From contig JBITNC010000001.1 of assembly GCA_050084985.1 (NCBI GenBank), positions 71,672,001-71,736,000 of the forward strand: a stretch of 64,000 nucleotides of DNA, read 5' to 3'. The stretch is from Nageia nagi. Taxonomy: Eukaryota; Plantae; Pinophyta. Below the pieces are notes generated by a model that saw nothing but the letters and a program-made list of their open reading frames with translations, was not told the origin of the DNA and ran no database searches. A program made the position numbers and the translations under genes. Below, one piece after another: positions 42,191 to 53,767 of this stretch; position 1 is the first letter of the stretch; each line of letters opens with the position of its first letter.

Positions 42191-42718
42191 CCCCCCAATT
42201 TCCTTACTCCATAGGCCACCATGTGTTCACCTTCCAAAATAAGTTAAAACTATAAACATAGATCCATAATGTAACCATCTCATTAAAGAGAGTTTTCATA
42301 GCCAAAAATCCATTCTTTTCCATTTAAGCTTAGATGTTTGTTGCCATTGACACCTTGGGGTTTTCCAAAGAATATACAAATGCTGCTAGGATCACCTGCA
42401 TCCACATATATGGAATGAGTTCAAACCCTTCTCAAAAATGATATGACTGAATATTTATCAAGTTACAAAGACTCTTTGAATGCAATCATATGCCTCGACA
42501 TCCACCAATATTGCAAACCTTGATTATTTCTCTCTTTACTTTCTAAATAAATATTAAGTAATAAAAATTTAGCTTGATATTAAGAAAATAAATTTAATAT
42601 AAAGAAACATGTCACATAAAAAAATCAATAAAAAAATTACATGTAAATATAAAAAATATATTTTTATTGGGACATAAAAAAAAATTATCATTTTAGAAGA
42701 GGTGATGTTGTTGTTCAT

Positions 42719-42925
42719 GGGGTGTCCTCTCTTGGATGTTGCTTAAAATTTTACTTGACTACTACCTATCACATGTCAGCTCAATTGACCTTTTTGAGCA
42801 ATGATATTTAATATGGTAATACAATCAATGAAAATAATTGTGAATATATATTCAGATATGAGGGTATTGAATATGATCTCAAATTCATCATCATTTATGT
42901 AAATATATTCTTAACCTTCAAAACA
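42719..42925. repeat. Degenerate direct copy of intron sequence 35033-35175 from the chimeric locus
   Basis: 25-bp identity agcaatgatatttaatatggtaata at 35097-35121 and 42797-42821, with alignable flanks (tgggg..tcctctct..cttaaaattt..acct.tcaca). Confidence 0.7.
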
Positions 42926-43949
42926 TTGAGGAAATTTATTTTCCTAACCAATTATTTGTAGGTGTATGCAAGGAAGAATAATTATTTTTAGTATCAAGAT
43001 TTCAACCCAAGAATATTGCATACAACATAAATTCCTTGATTTACATTATAAGACTATATAATTTTTCTCTACTATCCTTATTGAATAGGTGCCTCACCAC
43101 CTTCATGAAACATTAGATAGTCAAAGCTTTACCATATTTGTATGTCTTCTTGATCATAAAATGTTAGGTTACAATTATTATATAGTTGGAATATAATAAT
43201 ACCTTTGTAGTAAGTACAATAAACTTGACATGGTAATATTTAACATCAATGAGGATGTTCCCATTGATAATTAAGGAAACCTTTCGATGCACATTATCGA
43301 TATTCTTGTATTGCAATGCTTCTCAAGATTAATAACTAATTATTTATGATAAAGATTATTGAACAATATTTCTACATCCTTCCAAGGTGCAAAGATATAA
43401 TATTGGTTTGTGAGAGATATTACACGAAGAGTATTATTATGTTTTCAATTCCAATGTGTATATCCATATATATATATTGTGTGTGTGTGTGTGTTTAATA
43501 ATAAAAAATTTCTTATTATAGTTTAGGAAACTTGATTATTATTGTTAAGATTGTAAATTCTCATACATAGCTTAAATAATTGGTTATTTAAACATAATCT
43601 ATAGTATATGAAATTTTCACTTAGTTTGTAATAAAATTGTCTAATATTACGGTTGCATTGGTAGATAAAGTTAATTACATATAAATCATTAGGAAGAAAA
43701 GTCAATGTCAAGTACAAATATACAATAGATCATATGATCTTAATATACTAAACAACTAGATGTTAGACATGGATATTTAGCTTGAGTATGACCAAATTCC
43801 TAAAGCAAAGAGGTTTTTCTTTGCTAAATTTAAATTATATGGAATAATTAAATTATTTATTATCAAATACAACACTCCATCCATAAATAGTGTACATCAT
43901 CAAATTACTACCAAACAACATATAATAGAGGCATTGGATAAAACTTTAT

Positions 43950-44620
43950 ATCCCTCCAACTATTTAGAAGATTTTGAAAATCAATGGTTATATTATATAT
44001 AAAGATATAATCAAAATAATTATGATTATATCCATGAATTCATATGCTTAAGGATACTACTAACCTTCAACATCTCAAAAGAAAATATCATCTTCATGTT
44101 TAAGAGTAGGATTTTGAAGCATCTATTCCCAAAAATTATATGGAAATTAGCACACTCAGTACCATCTTCAATCATACACAACAAGAAAAAGAAAGCATAT
44201 TGCTAAAGCCTCATAATGATACAAGTTTGAATCCATATATCCTTATAAAGAGCCACATGGTTCTTCTCCTAATTTATCTCATTCTTCCTCTTCTAAATTT
44301 AAATTAAGTGTAAAGTGTTGTCAATATTGTAAGAATAAAGGCCATGCAAAATCTAAATTATATAATCTTAAGAAATAAAATATGGTGTATGTACATGATT
44401 CCAATGTGGAGACAAAGTAATACCATATAAATAGGAAGTGAGGACACTTAATATAAGGAGATGTGATAAAAAAAACTCAATTAGGTAACTTTAATGATAA
44501 ATATTTTTGAATGATATGACGGTTTATTCATAACTCACATCCACTTATTGCATAATTTCTCTTAGGATGAAAACTTGCATTTGGATATGCAGCCTTATCC
44601 ATATTCATTAGGATTAAAAA
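43950..44620 (+). pseudogene. Probable Copia gag zinc-knuckle remnant
   Basis: VKCCQYCKNKGHAKSK at ~44308-44356. The rest is highly decayed. Confidence 0.45.
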
Positions 44621-44824
44621 ATAATAGTTTCACCACTCCAATCACACACACTTGCACTATGTTATTTTCTTTTAACTCAAATTTTATGAATAAGGCCATA
44701 TGTGATATAACTAATATAGATTATTATGATTTTTTTTAGGTAAGACCTAACAATTTCATAAATAGGGTTTATTATATTATGTACTATAATACCTACATCC
44801 TACAAAAATATAATAAATATTATG

Positions 44825-45355
44825 AATTCACATATTATGTGATATCCTTAGCTTTTTAAGTCACTTTGTATTTTCTTACCACTCTAAACCAATCAATAGA
44901 AAACTTGGGCTAAGGTATCTACTAACAATCCTAACACTAGAAAAACATCTTTCTAAAACTTGTTAGTGATTTTTAAATGATAATTTGACACCATGACAAT
45001 TCTAAAAGGGGGAGTGGAGAGTTTTTGAATTTGATTGTTGGGATTTTGAAATTGAAAAGTTATCTATGTGATTCAATGTGAAGGGTTAATCCTTTCTTTT
45101 TCCTTTCCATGTTGTAGCTTACAAATACACAGTAGTTTCACTTTAGTTTTAATTTCTTTACAAGTTCATTTTTAGGGTCTCAACTTCTAGATGTAAATTG
45201 GATTTAGGTTCAAGGGATTTGCTTTATTTCTTTTGCATTATATAATTGAACACATCAAATTTTGGCATGGTTTTTATTGAAATATCCTTACATTAGCTTT
45301 GTTTTATTTCCTTTAAAAGTTAAATAGGATAAACCAATGTTTATATATATATATA
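44825..45355 (+). repeat. Inverted degenerate copy of 37033-~36515 (part 1)
   Basis: ccactctaaacca, gaaaacttgggcta.ggtatctacta.caatcctaacac, tttgacaccatgac, tgtgattcaatgt, tagggtctcaac and tccttacattagct all match the reverse complement of 36515-37033 in order. Confidence 0.9.
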
Positions 45356-48300
45356 TGTTAACACCTAAAAAGGAATTTTAATTTAATTTAAATATCATTT
45401 TAGGTATTTGAAATCATTTATTTATTAAATTAAATAAATTCTCTTATCATCATGCACTCTCATCTACCTTTATGTTTTATGATAACAAGTCAGCTCGACA
45501 TCACCATAAGCCCAATGAGGAGCCTTGGCACTAGACCTTGATAGGTGGTAATATACTTGTGTCATTATTGACCAATATTTCTTAATGCCACCTATCATAT
45601 TTGTATTTTTTTACACACTGACCTTTACATTCATGTGATACTTTCAATCCATTTATAAATAATATTTTGAGCTTCAAAGGAATGACAATGGCATTGAATG
45701 AAAGGGTAAGATATCTTGGAAAGCTAACCAAAAAACATCACTGAGATTCTAATGTTGTCATTGGATTGAGGTCATATTGGTGGCTCCATTCTTTAAGGAA
45801 GCTTCTCATTCATCTCCTTTTAGTTGAATATCACCTTCATTTATCATGATAGGTAAAGTACAAGTTTGTATCTTTAAATCCATTTTGATAGGTCAAGGTC
45901 GATGAGGTTATTTTCATCATATTCATACTTTGATTTACTATTATTTCATTATAAATTAATTAAATTGAATATTGTAAGTAGCCCTAATAATTATTATTTT
46001 AGTTATTATAGTCTACTTAGGTTGTACAATAGAATAACTTTGAAGTTATTTATTTGTTATGAAGGGCATATCCATGTCTAAAACACTTGAAATGTAATAT
46101 CATTCATATCTAAAAACCCTAGGTTTTTTAGCCTAATTAATGAAGGATAAATGATGTATTGAAAAGAAGTCAAGTTCACCAATAAAAGATCCCCCTCGAG
46201 TTAAACCTTCAGCCTATCAAGAACACCTCTTTTGTAACTTCCATAGAAGATCCGATCATGCCATAAAAGATTATTTTCATTTGAAAAATTAATATAGGAT
46301 TTGCATAATTAAGCAAAATTTAAGTTTGATCATTAGGTTTTAGATGAAGTTTACAGCAACATGAGATAAGGGCGATATAAAATGGGCCACAAAATGGACC
46401 CATATATCTATAAAATAAAAGGCTAAGGATCTTTAATCATTCATTTCCATAATTAAAGAAGTAAAAACTTGATGATGATGGGAAGAAATTGCATACTAAT
46501 ATTGTAAGTGTTTCTTAACCATAGCCACAACTACAACTACAACAACCGTTGGTTCTAAGTATGATTCTTGATTTTGATGGTATTTGGGTTGTTCCATAAA
46601 TTTTTTCTTATATTTTCCTATTTGTCTATTTATTTTTTATCATTAAATGAAAATATAAAATAAATCCTTAAAAATTACATTTTTTCAATGCTTGTATCCT
46701 AGCAATGCCACTAAATTCTAGTGATGTTACTAGGTTAATAAAATAATAAAATTCAAATGAGATAATCAAATTAGTAATTAAAATATGTATTAATTAAAAA
46801 TATTTTTTGTTAGGCAAAATTAACAAACTTAGCCATATGTTTCTCATTCAGTAACCTAGGTTTTTCAGTATTCATCTCCATTTGATCATAGAAGTTTAAT
46901 GTGTTTTTTCCTTGTCTTATAAATATTTATGAATTATATTTCTTTTGTAAAAAAGTTCTTTATCATTAACCAAGCGATGTCACTATATTCCAACAACATA
47001 ATTAGATTTTAATCTTGTTCTATGTGACTATTTATTATTTTCATGAAAATTTGTTCTCCTCTACTCATTGTTACAATAGTGTCATTCTTAGTTTTCGTAC
47101 AAATTTCATTTTAAAATCATTGAAAATTATGTTGTAAAATACTTATAAATATTTTTATTTTGTCTCTCACAAATATTTTTATGTGCTTTTCAAAGTGGTA
47201 TGTGTTTATTTCCTTTTTCATTATTTGTGTTTCTTTATATTTTATCTAATGATTATAACAAAAAGAGTAGCATGAACAATAGATTAAAATAACACACACA
47301 ACCTAAAAAATATATCGCCAAAATATGTCATATATATATATATATAATATATCATATTTGATACATATAATTCCCACCATGGGAACTCTGACCCACATAA
47401 GGGTTACAAGTGTGAGTCCTAGATCAAGACCTAGACCTACTCCTAGAAGTTGATACTACTTTCAAGGTTTGACCAAATTATAAAATTTGATTATCCTTTT
47501 CCAAAATCAATTCCTAGAGCCTCTTCATCTCCTAATGATGGATGATGTGCTAAAGGGACTACAATATCTCTATCTATCCCTATAGGGCCCCTATCTATTG
47601 TTCACATGTAGCTAGCATGTCCTATAATCTTAAAACCTATGCTTTTAGAGTTCCATTTGAACCTCTAAACTTGTTTCATGAATAAATAATTAGTTTATCA
47701 TAAATTTTTTGTAATAGGTCAACCTAGATAAACCACATTCAAAATGGATATACCTGAGATATAGGCCAAGGGTGCCGTAACTCCAGATGAAGATGGTACA
47801 AAAGGACCCATAACTCATTTAGAAGATGATAGACCATAAATATACATGGGCTCCTTCTCTTTCTTTGGCTCCTTCTCCTCCCACTCTGCCTCTTCTACCT
47901 CTCTCTCCTCTTTATCAAGATCTAATGACACATGCCTCATAGTATCCTACTAGAACCAATAATCCTAGGTGTGCTGAGGATGCGAATTTGGTACCCTAGG
48001 GGTGATGGAATTGAAGGATTTCATAAACCAAGATCACCTTGAAGCTTCTCCAACAAATCTAACATTCATCCTTCTATCAAATCAATAATCAATCACACAA
48101 AAAATAACACATCATGTGTAGTGGTTCCTCCATCTCTTGGGAGCACATCCACTTTGAACCATCATTCTATTACTTCTCACGAGATAACTCTCCTACAAAT
48201 TATTAAGAATTATTCTAAGATAATTCTTCTACAAAGCTCCTATAAGAGCATCTCTATAAGACAAGCATTACCATGCTTCATCAAGTTACATAATAAGGGG

Positions 48301-51300
48301 AATACCTCTCTATTTATAATAATAAACTCACCTCTTAACCATCCTTTTACCCAAGGGTAATGTTAAAAGTGTTTCTATATTTATTCCTCTTTCTATATTG
48401 ATTATATTAATGCTTTAAGGTGTCTAAATATACTTTAAGCATTAAGTGAATTTACATTAACAAGAAATATTATATAATATTACATTATAATTTTCAATAA
48501 GGGGCATGATCCTTAGACTCCTCCCACTCTACACTCCAATTGGATATAGAACTCCAACATGAATGGCTTGATATCTATAGTACCTAGCCATAGTTGGCCA
48601 AATCCTATGAATAGGTACATCTCATGTCATGCTAAATTGATAGAGTAACCTATCTTAATGATATAATTCCATGATACACCTATATCCCTAGATGTGATAT
48701 GGAGTTATACTCCATGAGAACTCCTCATTTGACTCATCCCAAACTAGTAAGTTAAAATAGGGATCCCATATGATATCCACCTCATCCAAAAGGTTCAACA
48801 ACCTCCAATACTATTCAACTCCCTGTGTAGCATCCATCCTTTGGGTCATCTACCACCTAGACTAATGGGGTATGTCTACCTAAATAATTGTAGGTAAATA
48901 GGTCCTCACCATACCAATATGCTCATAGGCCCATTCCTATAAGATGAATGAATGAGCAACAATCTTGTATCCCTTCCTCACAAAAATAAAGCTTTGAAGA
49001 TCTCTATACAACATAGCCAAAATGCATGATGCCCATGCATATCTCTTCTTATGTAGATATATCTCCTAGAAAATAAGAATCAACCCTATATGGAAGCATT
49101 CATGATTCTTATCACTACATAGGATAGTGTCGATAAGAACCAAAACATATAGTCATAACCATTATGTATTATTTATATCCTTTAGGGGTACATAAAATAT
49201 GTCATGAATGGGTACCACTTTCTTTTATTGATGATAATCCCACACACTTATAAGCCAATAGCAATGCTCCTCCATCTCCTCCATGGACAATGTGGCTCTC
49301 TATATCAATGTACTATTCATGGGTACCCATAAGATATGATGAATGTCAATTAGGGTGAGAGTGATCTCACCCATCGGCAAGTGAAATATCTTTATATCAT
49401 CACACCAACTCTCCATCAAGGTTATCAAGAATTACTTGTCACATGGGATGCAAGCAACAACCCTCATGTGACCAAGTTCAAATGTATCTAATTATCCCCT
49501 CTCCTCACTAGTGAGCATAAATGCAATAGCCACATCCATAGTGGGACTCCATGGCTTGCATCTCATCATATATGCATGGTATTGCACCCATTTCAAATAT
49601 AAAAACTATCAATAACTAAGTAAATAGGTAATAAATGCAATTTACAAAATTAAGTGAGGTAAAAATCTAACATTTATTGCTAAAATAAAAGAATTTAAAG
49701 TTAAATTTTAAACTTTGGAACATGTTAAAATCCATACAACCACTAATAAATGCATTTTTAGAAAATTTGAACCCAACAATGATGCTAGGATCCTAGTAGC
49801 ACCACAAGATTAAGGTGCCCATTTTTAGAAAATATTAAAAACCCATCAATTTTTCCTCTAAATTTATGGCAAAAATGAGTTCATTTTTACTCCATGCATG
49901 CAACAAACTAGCCATTTTGTTTTTACCCCTATAATTTTTATAATTTGCAAAAATTAAGAAAACTTGATCAAAAAAATTTGATCCTTAAAAAACATCCATA
50001 TACATGCTAAAAGAGAGGATTTCAAGAAATTTTTGGTACCTAATGTCCTTGGGACAAGGAATTACCAATAAGATCCCTATGGACCTAACCAAAAAGTAAT
50101 ACATTGGTCCATTCTAGTAATAGCTACAGTCTAAAAATTAGTAGCTCCTCCACTGTCCTTAAATAACTCAAACTAGCACCAAGAAAATTGAGAACCAAAT
50201 ATCAAGATTTTCAAATGCAAAAGTGAAAATGAAATATCAATATGCCTATTTATAAACTAACTTGCCCCCTTTTTTAATTATTAATTACATTAAACTTCAT
50301 TAAGTTTTCTAAATTATTAAGTTTTTTTTCATCTTCAACCCCATATGCATCCATCTCTGATCAACTCTTCATCTCCTTCAGGTCCCTTAAATTGGATGAT
50401 GTTGGTGTGATCCAGGCAACATCATTGGCTTCCAAACCTCCTTTTAAAGAATTTCCTTTATGTAAAATTCAAAAACCCTCTGCATGTAATAAAAATAAGA
50501 ATGTCAATACATAATTAGTCCAAAATTTTTAAATAAATCTCTTGGGGAAAATTGTTAAAATTTAACATGAAATGATCATTAAATTTTAAAATACCTATTT
50601 ATGTTGAATGAAACATGCAACATTTTTAGTTCATTAGTGCCACACAGAAACTCAAAGCTTTTCTTTTAATAAAACTCATGCATTATTCCAATGATGTTGT
50701 TGCATTTCTAGTGACACCGCTAGGTTATCAAGGTAAAGCATGTTCCATTTTAATGTAAAGGCTCATCATTTACAGTAAATTCATGAAAAATATGTCTCAT
50801 TCATTAGGTTATATCTCTTTTCATAATTTATACACATTAAATGGTTCTTGTTGATTCATTAAAACTATCATCTATCTTGTTAATGCATATCATGTTTTAA
50901 TAAAACATTAAATGTAATGTATTGCATATCGTAATATCTCTTATAATATGCATTGATTTTCATAAATATTGCATATAGATTAGTTTCCATTTTGTAAATA
51001 CTTATCATTGTTAATGAATACTTGTCCATGTTTTTACAATGCATCCATGTATACTTTTATATCATGTCTACTAGTTATACTATTAATAAGGTATTTATCA
51101 ATGGATGTGAATGGTACTAATGCATATCTCTACATATCATAACTTATCATACTATGGTAAAAGATGTTTGCACAAATTTTGCTTATCAAATATTTCTTAT
51201 CATACATTTCTTATCATATCTCGTTACAATGATTTGATTTGATTCTTATCATATATGATTATCATATCTTATCATATGTTAAAAGTGCTTTTCATATCAT

Positions 51301-52682
51301 ATTATTGCTCTTGTCATTGGCTTCCTTTGTAAGGGAGGGGCACTCTTATCAATTGTTTCTTTTTTAAGGAAGGGGCATTCTTATCACTTGATTCCTATAT
51401 TAGGGAGGGTCATTCTTATTAGAAATCCATGGAAACATGGTGGCTTGTGAAACCAAGTTGATGACTCTTATTATTTGACATATTTGTAAGGAAGTTCCAT
51501 TTTTAAGTATCACTTTATGACTCTATAAAGAAGTGTCATTATTATTAAAAATCCATGGCAACATGGTGGCTTGGGAATCCAAGCTGATCACATAAGTTGG
51601 CAATATATCTTCATACTCTTGGTGGGTAAGGCACCAAGGATAGGTTTGATATATTATTATTTAAATGTCTTACATATTATGATATTTAATGTCTATATTT
51701 GAGATATCTTGCATAAAACATTTCTTTTCTAAGTTCTTTTCATATTCCTTTATCTTTACCTTGGATTGCTCCTATGATGAGAGGTCCATCATGTCGCAAC
51801 CAAGATAAAAAGGAAGCATAATAATGGTGAAAAACTAGGGAATCCAAAGCTAGTACCATGAAGAATTTTTTTTTCAAGGAGTATTTTCTTACTTATCTTG
51901 TTATATTTCAAATTTATGCTTTGATTATCTTTTGTCCCAAAAGCATCAAATCATATTCAAAGTGGGGCATCTATTAACACCTAAAAAAGAATTTTAATTT
52001 AATTAAAATACCTTTGTAGGTATCTAAAATAATTTATTTGTTAAATTAAATAAATTCTCTTATCACTATGCACTTTCATCTACCTTTATGTTTTATGATA
52101 ATAGGTGAACTCGGTATCACCATAAGCCCAAGGAGGAGCCTTGGTACTAGACCTGCTATCTATAAAGGTGGAAGGGTAATGCATAAGCAATTATAACATA
52201 ATCTTAAACCCTTGATAGATGGTAATATATGTGTTTCATTATTTATGGGTCTTTCTTAATGCCACCTATAATATCTAGATTTTGTTATACATTGAGCTCT
52301 ATATTCCTATAATACTTTCAATCCATTTATGTATGATATTTTGAGCTTTAGTGGAATGATGATGACATCAAGCAAAAGGGTGAGGAATCTTGTAATTGAG
52401 CAATGTCATTGGGATCCTAGTGCTATCACTAAGTTGAGGTTGGATTTATGGCTTTGTTCTTTGGGGAAGCTTATCGCTCATCTCTTTTTAGATGAATATC
52501 ACCTTCATTCATCGTGATAGGTAAAGTATAGGTTTGTATCTTCCATAAATCTAATTTGATAAGTCAAGGTCAATTAGGTCATTGTCATCATATTCATTAC
52601 TTAGATTTACTATTATTTCTTGATAAATTGATTAAATTGAATACTATAAATAAACCTAATAATTATTATTTTGGTTATAATA
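45356..52682 (+). mobile_element. 7.3-kb non-autonomous Tat/Ogre-like LTR element (LARD-like) with PMD cargo and no detectable gag-pol
   Basis: LTRs at 45356-46010 and 51972-52682, PPT aaagtggggcatc before the right LTR, and TSD atata/ataca. The flanks rejoin as one continuous sequence. Confidence 0.85.
47700..49580 (-). pseudogene. Degenerate PMD gene
   Basis: 49420-49320 reads LMESWCDDIKIFHLPMGEITLTLIDIHHILWVP. Boundaries approximate. Confidence 0.8.
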
Positions 52683-52687
52683 ATACA

Positions 52688-52917
52688 TAATAATTTATCC
52701 CCAAAGCTAAAGGTAGGTAATAGATCCATTTTTATTTAAAAGGATCATGTTTGGTGTAGATGTTGAATGTTGGAGGATTTTAATGAGTGGGTTTTTTGCA
52801 AGAAAATGAATATTCTTATGATCCAATCCCTCCCCCTCCTCCACCTCTAAAAAATAGAATAGGCATTCATCCTATGAGACTTTGGCAACCTCTAATACTA
52901 TCACCCATGGAGGCTTA
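52688..52917 (+). pseudogene. ARF: Inverted copy part 2: intron end plus ARF B3 exon
   Basis: ccaaagc..aggtaatagat.catttt.atttaaa..gatccaa.ccctcc, then RHSSYETLATSNTITHGGL (52861-52917), homologous to 36515-36264. Confidence 0.88.
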
Positions 52918-53572
52918 TCACCAACTATTTTCTTCACCTTAAGTGTAGTTGATTTGTATTGGTACAATCTTTATGCATTAATGCCAGGAACTCCACTAAG
53001 TGATCATAAGAAGCATAAAAATGGTAAAAATAAAATATTATTGATTATCCAAATATTATAGCTTATTACATGCACTTCAAAATACCATATTTCAAAAGGA
53101 GGTGTTAAAAAAAGAAATGAAAGTAAAAGAGTTTTGGTGTAGATATGAATGGTAATATTCACTAGCCTCTCCACATGTGCAAGGTTTTATATGGCTAGAG
53201 GGAGCTTTAAACATGGATAATATAGATTGGATAAATGAAAATGGAGTAAAAAATTCACAAATATATTTTGATAAAATTGTGCATACATGGAATCCTCAAG
53301 GGGGATCCACATCAATGGAATATATAGGTAAGAATAAATCATCTAAGTATTTAGATATAGATTTATACAAGAATTATATAATAAACATAAATATCCAAGT
53401 CACTATGATATGTGTATTGTAGGTATTTCAAAATTTCTATCAACACCCATATTTGAGAAATACACAATAACTAGCACAATTGATGCAAATCTAGATTACG
53501 AAGAGATTCCTAATTGTGTAGAGTGTCACACAATATTTAGAGAGGGTCCTTGCCTAGAAAAGAAAAGAGGAA
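52918..53572 (+). mobile_element. Helitron-superfamily Rep (HUH) domain remnant, Helentron/Helitron2-like
   Basis: Motif 1 SPTIFFTLSVVDLYW. Motif 2 FWCRYEW*YSLASPHVQGFIWLEGA (53132-53206). Motif 3-like DYEEIPNCVECHT..GPCLEKK (53494-53570). A putative GT-AG intron at 53328-53422 joins motifs 2 and 3 in frame. Confidence 0.8.
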
Positions 53573-53767
53573 ATATGGTTTATATGTAAGTACTTATAAC
53601 TATTTGAATTAATTAAAAATATGGTTAGTTATCAAAATTGAGCTCTGTTATGCTAAATAGATAATTATATAAAACTTAAGTTTTTACACACTTAAAATAA
53701 AATATATATATATATAGTAATTTAAATCTTTATATTTATATATATCCATTATTCCTAAACTACTTTT

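Noticed and set aside
36264-45355. Inverted repeats as TIRs of one giant element or a miRNA hairpin
   Set aside because: The arms point outward, contain a host exon, are ~8 kb apart and heavily diverged, and no TSD was seen.
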